Below, piece by piece: positions 1 through 12,653 of a stretch of 64,000 nt of DNA (position 1 is its first letter; every line of letters begins with the position of its first letter). The DNA lies in contig NC_135761.1 in the NCBI RefSeq assembly GCF_052425735.1, forward strand, positions 52,266,001-52,330,000. The letters are read 5' to 3'. Position numbers and translations under genes: made by a program. The notes under the pieces were generated by a model. That model was not told where the DNA came from, did not search any database, and saw only the letters and a list, made by a program, of their open reading frames with translations. This stretch comes from Oculina patagonica (lineage: Eukaryota).

Positions 1-2078
1 ACTTGGGAGAGACTATGAGGAGTAGAGAAAAAGTTCCTGGATGCATTCGATTGCGGTGATGTATGTAAACTTAGACAAGCATTCATCTCTTCATGCATGT
101 CTTAGAAACCGCCCAAGAAAAGCAAAACAGTTTGCCTTTGAAATAAGTATATAAAAATCGATATTTTTTGAAATGAAGTTTGTAGAACTAGTTTGACAAG
201 AGCACAAATTTTGTATTACCCAAGACTATAGCGAATGATGGCAGTATTTGAATAAGTCGTGTTGTTATTAAATAACCGTGTAGCTTCGTATAGGTTTTGC
301 GGTGGGTTCGAGAAGTCATGGCTTTGTTTATTACAGAAATGTGATTTCTCCAGTTTTTGTGATTGTACAGAACAGATATTAAGGTGCTTCTAAATTTCCT
401 GCTGCATTCGCAACGCTAGTCAGCTAGATTGCTTGTTTATAGCAAAGATTTCGTGATCAAGTATTGGCGAGAGTAGGTTATAGCCATTCTTTTAAAAATT
501 CGCAATAAATAGTTATTTCCACTCAATGAATATGGATTGATTAATCGCAGCTTGGGAATGGATTTTGGCCTACTGTTTTAGACTTGTGATCAAAATATTT
601 TTATAAGTGAACTATGGCAGATGTTTCGTTGGCCTTGGACTTCGAACAAGTTATTAAAATGTTTTTCTAACCCTCTAACAGACTGAATGTTGGCTGCCGT
701 TTTTGGCAGCCGTTCGTGATTTCATTTATCGATGTCGTGATAATATTGGCAAACTTTCCTATCCGGTGGGTCGAAATTTTGCTCCCCGTTCGATGTCTCC
801 CGTAATTACTTTAGCAAACATTTTCATTCATCGCTCATCTCCCGCGAGGTAAAAATTTGCAACATATTGCACTCGAATGGTTTATTTGTCACGGAGAATT
901 ATGATGGCTTTTTCGCACTAAGTTGGTTTCTCACTTTTATTGGCGGCAATCGAACGTCGCTTTATTAAAACAAGTAAGACCAGGTATAATTAGTAGCTTT
1001 GTTTACTTCTTCGCCTCTGCATTGCCACTTCTCATCGCCATATTTTTAGTATCTCCTTGACGAAAGAGATGCTGACAGCTCTAAAAACAAGCATTTTTCC
1101 TAGAAATCGTAGATGTCTATGCATTTTAACGTGGGCAAACGAGCGAATAGCTTGTAACACCTTTAAACCCGATTTTAATCCTAAAACATCAATATTCATT
1201 TGACTGAGTAATATGTGCTTGATCTTTTTAACACCTAGTTTTTGTAAATAAATTTCGTTTCTCATTTGTAATATTTACGTAAAAATTTCTAAGCAACGAT
1301 CCCTTTTTGAGCATCGCTTTTTTAACTTCATTTGTAATTGTTCCTGCCTTTACAATACTGTAAATTTTAACGTAGCTATGCATGAGTGGCGCTTCCAAAT
1401 TAATTCTCACGTTTTCTGTAAAATAACGTTTTGCATAACAATTTAACTCCAGGTATTCTTGACCATTAAATTGTTGTCACTCATTCGTTTGCATCGTTCT
1501 TTGTTTTGATGGAAACTGACATCTGAGACATTGTTGTGCCTGCCTACTTTGAGTTTTGAGATGAAAATTATCACTCTCTCCACCGTTTATGTTTTATGTA
1601 AATATTTTCCTTTACCAATTTTGAATGTTTTTTTTTTCTCAACATGATCAGGTCCTTACTTGAATCTGTTTATAAAAGATATTTTTTTTAGTCTTAGGAG
1701 ATGACAACTTTTCACAAAAGCTGGGATGTTCGTCTCTTATGTAAGCACAAAATAATTTCCCAGGCTTCAGTTGCCATGTTTTATGTTTGTACCACAGTTA
1801 TGAATTCTGCCACAATAACCCTCAAATCTATAATGATTTTAGGTCTTCTTGGGGTACATCACACACCCGTAGATGGTAAAATGTGGCAGGATTTCGGTTG
1901 TGGTTGTCAATTTACCCCTTCTTTTTAAAGTCTTGCTGTAATGCTATTGCAAACAGCGATTGGGAGTTCTGCTACAAAAAGAATGGCACCTGTAATATTT
2001 CACACCTGCAAAGTGGATATTTATAAGTATCAGTCATGGCATGTTCTGGACTCATTAGTGCCTTGATAAAAAATAAAT

Positions 2079-2225
2079 NNNNNNNNNNNNNNNNNNNNNN
2101 NNNNNNNNNNNNNNNNNNNNNNNNNNNNNNNNNNNNNNNNNNNNNNNNNNNNNNNNNNNNNNNNNNNNNNNNNNNNNNNNNNNNNNNNNNNNNNNNNNNN
2201 NNNNNNNNNNNNNNNNNNNNNNNNT
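2079..2225. other. Assembly gap (run of N)
   Basis: Run of N characters in the sequence. Confidence 0.99.
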
Positions 2226-4165
2226 TCATAATTTTGTAAAATCAAATTATTACATCAGCACATTTAAGGAGGGATTGTACCTGAATTTGAATGAAATTTT
2301 AAAAGGGTGGCAAAGTAGGGATTGATGAAAGAAGAAAAAAAAATGAAACACCACCAGATAGTTGACCCCCACGCAAAAGCACTCCAGGTTGTAAGGAGAC
2401 TGTCTGGTGTCCGTCTACCAATTTTTAACTAAAAATATTCTAATTTTAAATCACATTAAATCTTCAATATTTGACTTACTTCTCCAAACTTTACTAATCC
2501 TTTGAGAAAGACTTTCTTCTCCCAAAATAACCATTTTTTGTGTGTACACCCAAACAAGTTTAACTTAGCAGGGGATTGTCATTAAAACAATGTCTTTCAC
2601 CAAAATAATGAATTTTGGGGGTGAAACTGACCCACCAAAGGCCCCTTCTCCACTGGTACAGTGATGGCTGATACGTGTATATTTTTAGATAATTTTGTCA
2701 TACTTGGGTTTTTGGTTGACAACATGGTGTGAACATATGGCTGTGCTTGATACCCCATATTATTTAGGAAAATAACTTGTTCAGGCTATAATATGGAAAA
2801 AAGTTATAGAAAACAGATTTTGTTTTATCCATTCATAGCCGAGATGCCTTGCTTCCCTTATAGGCCACGGAATGTTTCATCATTTTCTGTAGTCTTGTGT
2901 TCTGTTCAAGTGAGACAGTTGTGAATGACTTGGTGCGACATGCATTCAGGGAAGGGGGGTTGGTGGCTACTTTCCCATTTCCCCCCCCCCCCCCCCCTCT
3001 CTGCCGGCCTTCTTACTCCCCCTTGCCCCCAATCCGTTTCCAGCATTTCCCTTCAACCCCTTCCCGTCTTGGAAAGCCTGTTCAAAGTCTAGTCTGGTAG
3101 GTTAAGTCTGTTATGTCAAGAAATTATGGGAAGGACAAGAATAAAGGCAAATTAAAATAGAGGGGGGTTACCCACGGAAGACTAAGGCTCATAACTTGTC
3201 AATCAGACCTCCATCAAGAACACTCTTGGGACTTGAAAAAGTGTTCACTTAGGAGAGATGTCTGCTTTGGGAGTGTAAAAGTGTACTGTTTGAATGTGTC
3301 TAGGACCATGCCATTTATTGATTTTACCTACCAGACTAGCCTTGAACAGACTTTCCTAGACAGGGATGTATTGAAGGGACATACTGAACGGGAGCAGGGG
3401 TAAGGGGAGGGGCAGAGAAGGGGTCAGTCATTCACTACTGTCTCACTTGAACAGAATGCAAGACAGGAGTAAAGGATGGACAATAGGAGAGATGTCTGCT
3501 TTTGGAGTTTAAAAGTGTAGTGTTTGAATGGGTCTGGAGCCATTACTTTGTGTCCACTTGCGGGAGGAGTCTTCTCATAGATGCGAATAAATTAAGAAGC
3601 ACAAATTGATCAGCCAAAAAGATCTTGCCACTCAATCATTCATAGTGCCAACAACTTTTTGCTGTAAACGGCGCTAGGGACTATCTTCTTTTTCTTTCTT
3701 CTTATACACTCGCCGCCATATTGGATGGAGTGTTTTTGTCCACAATTTGACGTCATCGGCCGAGTTTGGCAACGCTATTTGGATTCCATTTTTGACCACC
3801 ATATGGCGCGACTAATCTTATCTTTAAAACTCTAAACATTTGAAGTAAGTAAAAACAAATTTCCCTTCATGTGCACTTTCAGGGGCACAAATTGGACAGA
3901 CAAAACGAAAGAAAAAAATGTTTCTCCCTTTCCCTTCATTCCCCCTCTCCCCTCGCGTACTTCGCTTGCGTTCTCCACGATCTTATGAGATTCAGAAAAC
4001 AGGAATTATCTGCAAACAGGTTCTCCCCTTAGCCTTGAAAAGCAATACAGATTGTGCATTGATATTGATCGCCCGCAAAATTGTTTTGGTTCTCAGAGAT
4101 TCTCAACTTTCACACGAGGAGCTTTAATAGTTTAATCAGCTTAATAGCAAAAGCCGAATTTGGCC

Positions 4166-4702
4166 TAACCTGAGATCCCCCTCCCACACTGTGGGGGGGA
4201 GGAGGGAGAATGCTGCGAAGCAGAACCAGATTGTGCTGAGGTCGAGAAACAAACCAATGGAGGGTGTGGACGATGGTGCGATCACGAGACTCGTAGAAGT
4301 GGAGGCAGAGAGTACGTTCGCGGGACGAGTTCTCACGGGAGCCAGACAGTGTACGAAGGAGAACAAAGAGGAGCGACAATGCGAATGGACCGTGAGATGT
4401 GTGCCGACAAAAGAGATGTTGGAATGCAGGACCGATCCACTGCCGTAAACAGTGCGTGACGGGTGAGGAAAAAAGGGACGGACCAGACGAAATGTCGCAC
4501 GCCATCCACCAGCACAAAGCAATCCAACACGGCAAAGAAACAGGCTGACAAGACACTCCAGACGTCACGCGGGACCGAGTCCGAATGCCGCCAACTGCAA
4601 AGAGTGGTGACAGCGACTACACTAGAAGGAGGCGGGGGGCCGAAAAGATCAGGCGTTCTTTCCCCCGCCGTAAAAAGAAAAAAGAACGCCTGATCGCAGG
4701 TT
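4166..4702. mobile_element. Non-autonomous TIR element with TAACCTG...CAGGTTA ends and ~9-bp TSD (AcademH-like by TSD length)
   Basis: Begins taacctgagatc and ends gaacgcctgatcgcaggtta. Flanked by aatttggcc / gatttggcc. The same termini recur at 36913-37000. Confidence 0.6.
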
Positions 4703-5607
4703 AGATTTGGCCTAACCGCAGAAATTTTGATGGCTTGTCACGCTAGGTTTGGCCAAAGTGATTGAAAAAATGTCACACAACACCGTCCAAGAAAGCTATA
4801 AAAAATGATAAGTTTAACGTCAGATGACCGAGAGGCCACTTTTATGCCCCCTCCACGCCCTTGTTAAAATACAGGGTTGAGGACTCTCACATTGAATATC
4901 ACCTGGCAACGTAATGAACATAAGGTTAGCAAAGGAAAATATCAAATTTTAACAGCAAATTTCTATGTATTTTCACAACAACAGAAGGTGGCTAAATCTT
5001 ACCATTTTGTACGCCAGCACCTCGTCTCCTGCTGGATCAAGTAGTAGACCCTTGGGTTTAGGGGCGTGCTAAAGTTACCATTGACAACGCCCAACATGGC
5101 GGATTAAAAAACTTTTGTGGTTTTGCGAGATCTAGCTTTTGCGATAGGAAAGGCTGGTTTTCCGGGCAGGTAATAAATTTTGAGATTTTGTCATGGAAAG
5201 GTACCAATTCAACGCACAACGTACGTGTTCGTAATACTGTTTATTATTCCCAAATAGCGGACCAGACGTCAGTTCGCTTAATTCGCCGAAGTGGTATACA
5301 GTATACTAAAATGTTCTATTGACTTGCGTTAGCGTGTGGCACTTCTTTTTTGCGGGTTTTAGTTTTTTGATTTTTTTTTTTTTTTTTTTTTTTCATAGCC
5401 GGAAATATCAGTACACATCCGATCATCTTTGCATGTGCATCAAAAATATGTTGGTGCCGATTAAAACGTCTCTTTTCGATGGTTTTTTACAATATCATTG
5501 TGCTAAAACCGAAAATACCTGCGCATGATGACTAGAGGGATAACGAATCAAGAGGAACAGAAGTTAATATGATACAGTGACAGAACAGTCAACCATTTAG
5601 AACAATA

Positions 5608-6041
5608 CAGTCGAAGCTCTCTTAACGGACACCTCGTAAGCGGACAGCTCACTTACGGCCACCTTGAGAAACCCCGTTTTTACTCCCATACAAACTCTGA
5701 TTTTTACATTCTCGTAAGCGGACATTCCCGAAGCGGCCGCGGAACTTTCGAGAACGACAGACTTCTGCCGTTTTAGCTCCGAGCGGACCCCAAAGAATCT
5801 AAAAACCCGATGCTATGTTGTATATCAATCAACTTCACATCGCCGTTCGCACATGTTTTACAGTAATACAGTACAAAGTGTTGTGTCGCTCCACGTCGGG
5901 ACATCGAAACTCCACTAACATGCAACCATAGAGGGGCAAGCCCCGAAGCGGCCAATCCCCACACCTAGTGGCCGCACAAGAACCATCCGAAGCGGCCAGC
6001 CCAGTGCGGACCGCGTCCCGAGGGTGTCGAGAGCTTCGACG
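5608..6041. mobile_element. Tc1/mariner-like MITE
   Basis: ta-cagtcgaagctctc ... gagagcttcgacg-ta imperfect TIRs with TA flanks; internal aagcggcc/gcggac repeats. Confidence 0.55.
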
Positions 6042-7734
6042 TATGTTATTGTTATAGATTGTCACTTATTTCGAAACTTTTTAGTATCCGTATGAGGTTT
6101 AACCTGTATTTTGACTTTTACTAAAATAAAAAAAACGAAACTGTTGTGATTTCAATCGAAATAAACTTTCTGAAGATCACAAAAATTAATTCGCTGCAAG
6201 AAAAGCTTTTCTTTACCAATCGCAAAAATTAGTTTACGCGAGACACACAAAAAGGCGAATCCGCAAATTTAAAACACGTGCAGGCTATTTTCTGTCATTT
6301 TCCTTTTCTTAACAGTATTCATCTCCTAAAGGCGAAATGTACTTTAGCGGAATTATTTTTCGTTTTGCGGGAACATTTTTTTGGCAGATCGCGCAAAAAA
6401 CCGCAAAAATGGCAAAAATTAAATAACACCCGCAAACATTTAGTGCCACACAGTAAGGCACATATTTGTCAAAACCTCCTATAATCATTTCGGCTTCACC
6501 ACTGTTCACAAACAAATCACTCCAATATTCCTTTCACTGATCTCTTGTTGTAACAGAAAAAAATGTTGAATTGGAATAGAGAAAGTTTGCTATTTAAATA
6601 AATTGCAAAATGTTGCCTTCTGCGCCCGGCGAGAGCGTAAAAAAACTGAAAGTTCTGCTCCAGGCGAAACAATTCATTGAAATTCTTGAAATTTCATAGT
6701 CGCAGATAATGATTAAATACGTGTGTGCTAAGATCATGTATTATGTGTTAAGTGTCTATAGCTAATCAGAAAGATACAATTGTGAAGGGAATAAGTCAAT
6801 GCTGTGTATTTTTGCAAACCTGGGCCGGGTTGTTCAAGGATTAGCTTGAGCAGGTTTAGATTGAATTTCGACATTTTTTTAACTTTTTAGTGAGGTTTTA
6901 TGTTTATATTTTCTGCTCTCCATTTTTGACATCGACTTATCTCAAACTTCACAAAACATAAGCAATAAAAACACTTTTATAGACGAGATATTGAGCCCTG
7001 GATAAACTTTTAATCCTGGATTAGTGTTAATCGGCTTTTGAACAACGTGGATTTACGCGCAGTAAGCGTGGCTGTCGCGCGAGTGTGTAGATAAGAAAAC
7101 CTCGCATCCCGATGTCGACAATGTGGCTACAAAAGACAAATACAGTATTTGTGGGGTAAAAAATGACTAAAATGTGAGTTTTATTCTATTAAAATGGATG
7201 AGGAGGGCTACAGAATCGATCGAGCTAAATCGATGGAAGCCTCCGCATGGGAAAATGCAATCGCTGTGCAAAGGCTGGGTCGGGTTTATAGTGTAATTTT
7301 ATACAGCTGTAGTGCGTATATACCCATCAAAATTTCCTCCATCAAAAATATTGATTTATCACTCCGTGATCAGCTGTGTCCGACCATAGTAACTATGGTC
7401 CGACAGCGCCTTCACAGCTGTCAGCTTATAAATCAAAAAGCAGCGTTTTGTTCTTCTGGTCTAATACGATAAATATTTTTACTGTGATTGTTAAAGGCAA
7501 GAAGAAAACGCGTCGAGGCGCAAAGTGTTTTCAAAACTGAGCTCTCCATTTTGATGAAAAAGATCTGCGTGCTCTAACGTTTTTCTACTCCATCAGTTCA
7601 CTGGCAGTAATTTCTGGTTGGAGAGAACACAACAGCACTTTCCTGACCAGGACTCGTACGGAAATCCCTTCATTTTCGTTTTGGTCACCATGTGCACTTT
7701 CCCCAAAAAACTCCCGTGTAAGTGTGGACAGGAC

Positions 7735-9818
7735 TCAAGGCTTTAATCTGCTACCAAACCAATAATTAGTCGTGGCGGAATCCCCCGCTGTACATCGGAA
7801 TTCCGGATTTAAACCTTTCTTGTACCGACCGAAGGATTGTTCTGCATTAATATGATCCGGAGTCGCACCACGGTCGCATTCATTGACGTCACTCCGATGA
7901 ACTAAAAATAAATCTGCTTTCTGCCCCCAGGCCGTGGTGCATTGTTGGCAAGCATGACCACGAACGTCAATGTACTCCACTTGTTCGCAGACCCTTCCTG
8001 CCACAAACGTGAGAAGATCAAACTGGGCAAACTCAACGCGCACATAATCTCTGTAGTCTACACCGACCAACGGAAAACTGCAAGTGACTCTCCAGTGGGT
8101 TGAACGGGATCTTAATTCCTCCATTTTGCTTAGTGGAAGCCTATAAGCTTCCCAGTTGGGCATTTTTGCATTTTTTGGCGAATCCACCATCAGACCATCT
8201 TGTGTAAATTGTTCCTCTCTGTTGCGCAGTGACTGAGACATCACCAATGTCCAGGCCCAACCGGGTTCAGAGGCCAGGTCGCAGTACATTTTGTGGAGAT
8301 GGCCGTCGTTGTCTTGGATACAGAAGAAACCTGATGTGCGCGCACCTTTTTCCCAGGCCTCCAAACAGCTTTGTGGTTTCTTTGGATAAATGAAGAAAGA
8401 TGTGTGAAAATATTACATGTACAAAAGGTGATGGTAATGTATTTAACGGGCCACTTAGTGTCCCATACCACGGAAGCTAGTTTATCCCCCTTTCAGTAGC
8501 ATAAAATGACTTGAGTATTTCTACTCCTCCCTGGATGGGATGCTAGTCCAACGCAGGGTAAATCCTCCCTTCACTCCTCCCCCACCCCGCCCTCCGCACG
8601 GCATTAAATTCACTGGTACCCATTCGGGTAGAGAGAGGCACGGTGAGAGTAAAGTCTCTTGTCCAAGAACGTAACACAATGACCCCGGCAAGAACCTGGA
8701 CCACTAGATCCCAGTTCATCGCGCTAACCGTGAAGCCACCGCGCTCTCAAACATGTATAAAATCAAAAGAAACTTTTAATTTAAAGCATTGAAGATTTGT
8801 AAAAGGTTACTGGTCTGAGCGAGTGCAATTTACGTTGACCTTTTAGCTATTAAGTCATTAGATCGTACGAAAAATCGTTTTCCCCATGTTCGGGCCAAAG
8901 ACTGCTTTGGCACATCATGCTAATATTAGTATTATTTTGTAAAGCCGCTTCACGCGGCTTTACAAAGATAACGTGTGTAAATGGAACACAAATATTGGTG
9001 TTAAAACTTGGCGTGTACAAGAAAAAGGGCTGTTATTGTTTTTTATTAAAAGTGTTGTACCCTTTTCAACCATGTGTTAATTCTGTGATGGTGAATTTTG
9101 AACTTGTCTTAGATAACAATCAAATGTATATCACAGTAATAGATCTGACGAAATTGACAAGATTGAGTGTTAGAAAAAATGACATTCAGCTTGATAAAAT
9201 TAAAGCACTTGAAACAAGGAAATAAGGACTTTTTTCGTTTCTTTTATTAAGTATACCGGCTCTTCCTTTGTCTGTATCGTGTCTGAATGTGGGGAAACAA
9301 ATCTATTTCACGGTCGGCCAGAATTGATAACACGAAAAGACATCATGTGACTACAAATAACCGATTCTTAGTCTTTGTCGGAATAATGAATATTTTCGCA
9401 GTGTCTTTGATCACATAAACCGCAAGTGAAAAATAACCCAAATCAGATCTCACAAGCATTCATAAGTGTATGTGTTAATCAATATTATTGTAGGATTCTC
9501 ACTTACTTTTTCATGTCGTACTTGAGCAAAGGCAAAGCCATGTTTTTCAATCAAGTTTTGCTGATTATCCCCGCTTTCACCATTCAACTCACAAACGCCA
9601 TCTTGTGTTGCTGAAGTTTGATAGTTGTAGGACGAACACGAGGACAGAGACAAACATTTGTGAGCGCAGGAGAAAATTCCACGAGTTAAAAACGACTTGA
9701 TAACATGGCCGATCAGAACATGGTCGTACAAAATCGGACTTGTGGTCTCTCGACAGAAGTCCTCGTCGCAAAGACAAAAATATGGAACAAGTAATAAAAG
9801 AAATCCTTCGACTTTCAT
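7735..9818 (-). CDS. Secreted PAN/Apple-domain + fibrinogen-related domain protein (exons ~9818-9507 and 8379-7735)
   Basis: Exon 1: signal peptide MKVEGFLLLLVPYFCLC, then PAN-type cysteine spacing (SCAHKC...CSSYNY...CELN), donor AAA|gtaagt. Exon 2 in phase 0: KPQSCLEAW...SGFFCI...MYCDLASEPGWAWTLV, resembling the start of a fibrinogen-like domain. Confidence 0.75.
8450..8748 (-). mobile_element. tRNA-derived SINE copy (family also at ~20875-21180 and ~51170-51790)
   Basis: Shared core ggatgggatgctagtcc...gagaggcac.gtgagagtaaagt found in three places in the window. Confidence 0.6.
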
Positions 9819-11128
9819 AGCAGAGCTCCTCTTAAACGAAAACCGAGTTCTTCATTGCAAACAAAAACAAAAGTGGCAGATGGCACAGACACACATTCAT
9901 TTTATTTTACAATAACGGAAATGAGATAGACCATACTGTATTATAATGAACCATTTTCATAATAAACAATATTATTTGTACACGGCGCTGATTTTGTTAA
10001 ACAAAAGTAGCTGCTTATGTTATAATCTTCAGTGTGTCCTTTGCAGTGAACAGACGTGGCAAGTCGATCAGAGAAGATCAATTGAAGCCTTTTGTGAATG
10101 TCATCTGAATGTGCCATTGGCTATAACTGAATAGCACCCTTACGTATGACGCAAACTTGACCAAATTAGACATGTATCTTTTCATTACAAAAGACAATTT
10201 GAAGTTTATTCTACCTTGCATAATAAGACCCAGCGGGCAAAGAAAAATAGCAGAGTCTTCTAGACTGACATATAGTAATATCTCTGAAATTTATGACGGT
10301 GTGGGACTCATGAATAAATAATGAATTGTCCTTCAATGAGGCAGGCAAATTGAAATTGAAACAGAAGCTAATTTGTAAGGAGTATTATTTGATTCAAATT
10401 AAGTCTGGTTTTCAGTTGAATTCATTTTCATGTGATAATTTTCGTGACCTCGAGTGATAAAGATTTTTATTAAATTTACACGTAATAGTTTCACCATGCA
10501 AATGGACAAATCCCAGAGAAACAACCGTTAATAATTCAGAGGGACTGACGTATAAGGGGGATCTCCAGATCATTCGAAGAACTTTTAGTTTACGATACAT
10601 TAGTTCTGTGTAAAAGAATTTCTCGCCAAATCCAGTTAGTGTCTATATGGTTGGTGTTTTCATTGTCTGTAGGGTCAGTCGAGTACAAATCAAAACAAAA
10701 AATACGCTGCGTTAGCAATTTGTGTGAAAACGCCCGCTTAAAAGAAACGGCTTTGAGTGAAGGTCAAGTCTACAGAACTTCGTCGCTATGGAAAATAAAA
10801 CCAAACAAGATTCAGTTCATAGAAGTTTATTCAGCTTTTTTTAAAACTTTCAGCTATAGGTTACAGCTAATCAGGGACACCAGCTGATTTCGTTTTCTTT
10901 TTAACAAAGCAGAGCCCGTAGTGGGGTTACTGGGCAATCACTCCCCTGCTTCAACGAACTGTAATCGCTCCAGGACCTTAATTGCGAGTTTGTCAGGACA
11001 GACAGATATTAGAGTCATTAGGTTAAAACTAATACATTATTAATTGCATGAAACTGCACGTGCTTCTATTAAATCAAAACACTTTGACAGCCCGTAGAAC
11101 CCTGAATAGCACGTAATGATATTAATGT

Positions 11129-11217
11129 CAACCTCGTTCCCAGGGCTTTTCCCTTAGCTTCCCTTGGTAAAAATTACCAAATATAATACCAAGGGAAAAG
11201 CCCTGGGAACGAGGTTG
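11129..11217. mobile_element. Short palindromic MITE (CAACCTCGTTCCCAGGG TIR)
   Basis: caacctcgttcccagggcttttccctt ... aagggaaaagccctgggaacgaggttg, flanked by atattaatgt / acattaatgt. A related copy is at ~42468-42555. Confidence 0.7.
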
Positions 11218-11987
11218 ACATTAATGTGTGGTATTTCAAATATTTTCTCTTCTGACCCGATCAATCGACGGATTATACCATTATACCCAGAAAAAAAGCC
11301 TTTTTCACAAGGACTCTCTTTTGAGCTTCCCAAAATAACGTTACCCCCCCCCCCCCCATGCACTAAATAGATAAAAGCCCCTTTACCATAATATCTTTAA
11401 GAGCATGATTTATTTCGGCTTCATGGGTTTACCAAATTTCCTTACCCATGGTGCTATGCTGGCGCACTGCGCGCGCTGGAGCTCCCTAAAAATAAATAAG
11501 TAAATCATGCCCTCGAAAATAATAATTAGAGCGCCGTCGCCAGGTCGTCCATGGAGCAGTCCATAAGGTGGTCCTTGTTATAGGACTTAGCAGCAGGCGT
11601 AATTAAGGGTCTTATAAAAAATCATCGACCTCGCCCATTGCTCCAGAGGCGAACACGAAGAAGCTGGCTAACGATTGCGCCTGAAGCTGTACAGTGACTG
11701 TACAGCCGCCCCCTCCCCTCCCGATTTTGTGCACCCGCCGTTTAACTGATTGGGGAATGGGCACTAATCATCACCACTTGGCACCAGTTTCCTTCTGCAT
11801 TTGCATCCAATATGGCGGCCAACATGTGTTGTTGTGGTCCTTTGTTATCTCGTTAGGATTTCAAGGTAAATACGGCTGCAGAACACACATACGATATAGA
11901 AATTATTTTACCTGCAGGTATACTTCATGTTGATGCGCTTTTTATGAAAATTTTGTTAGTGTTTGAAATAATAGGAAGGAGCTACTA

Positions 11988-12377
11988 CAGATGTTGCCCA
12001 ACCGGACACTGCCACCGACCCACAGCCCGAGCGACACCCACTGTGCTCACTGTGTGAGCTGACCCGGAGAGGCGCCCGAGCCCGGACGACGGCTCCCCGG
12101 ACACGAAAGTAAGGGATGAACGAGCACAGCGGAGCGACGGCGGGAACGGGAGACAGAGACAGACAGGGACCATGACAGCGAGGCGAGCACCCCACGGTGA
12201 GGGGGAGACAAAGCACCAGTCACCAAAACGCGGGCGCGAGGACCGCGACGGACGAAGACACCCCACGAAACGAACCCCACGAGCCAGCCGGGAAAAGAGC
12301 AAACGAAAGCAGACACGCAGCGTGACGCGGAAAAGCGAAGGCAGAAAAGGGGGTCCGGGAAATAGGGCAACATACTG
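11988..12377. mobile_element. GC-rich Tc1/mariner-like MITE in the first intron of C1orf131
   Basis: ta|cagatgttgcccaaccggac ... gtccgggaaatagggcaacatactg|ta imperfect TIRs with TA duplication. Confidence 0.55.
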
Positions 12378-12653
12378 TAGTTGTTTGTCACGAAAGTTTG
12401 AGCTAGTAGAAATCTCAATTTTTCATCGCACTTTAATCCGAATATCGCTGACGATTATAGGTCGTCCGAACAGATATTCACCGAAACGGTCTGTTGGGTG
12501 CCCCTGAAATCAAGGTTTTGAGAAATTGGGATTTCACTGTAAAAAATGTAGTTAGAATAGTATGAGTATTTAGTTAGTTACAGGCCTTTTGGTACAAGAT
12601 CAAGTCATTTTTCTGTTATTTGTGTTCCACATACAGGTTCCTTGAGTACAAGA

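Noticed and set aside
1-2078. Possible gene or transposon at the window start
   Set aside because: Only short ORFs without motifs, and no TIR or TSD could be defined before the gap.
11956-12507. Overlapping 86-123 aa ORFs
   Set aside because: Stop-poor GC-rich repeat interior with no domain motifs.
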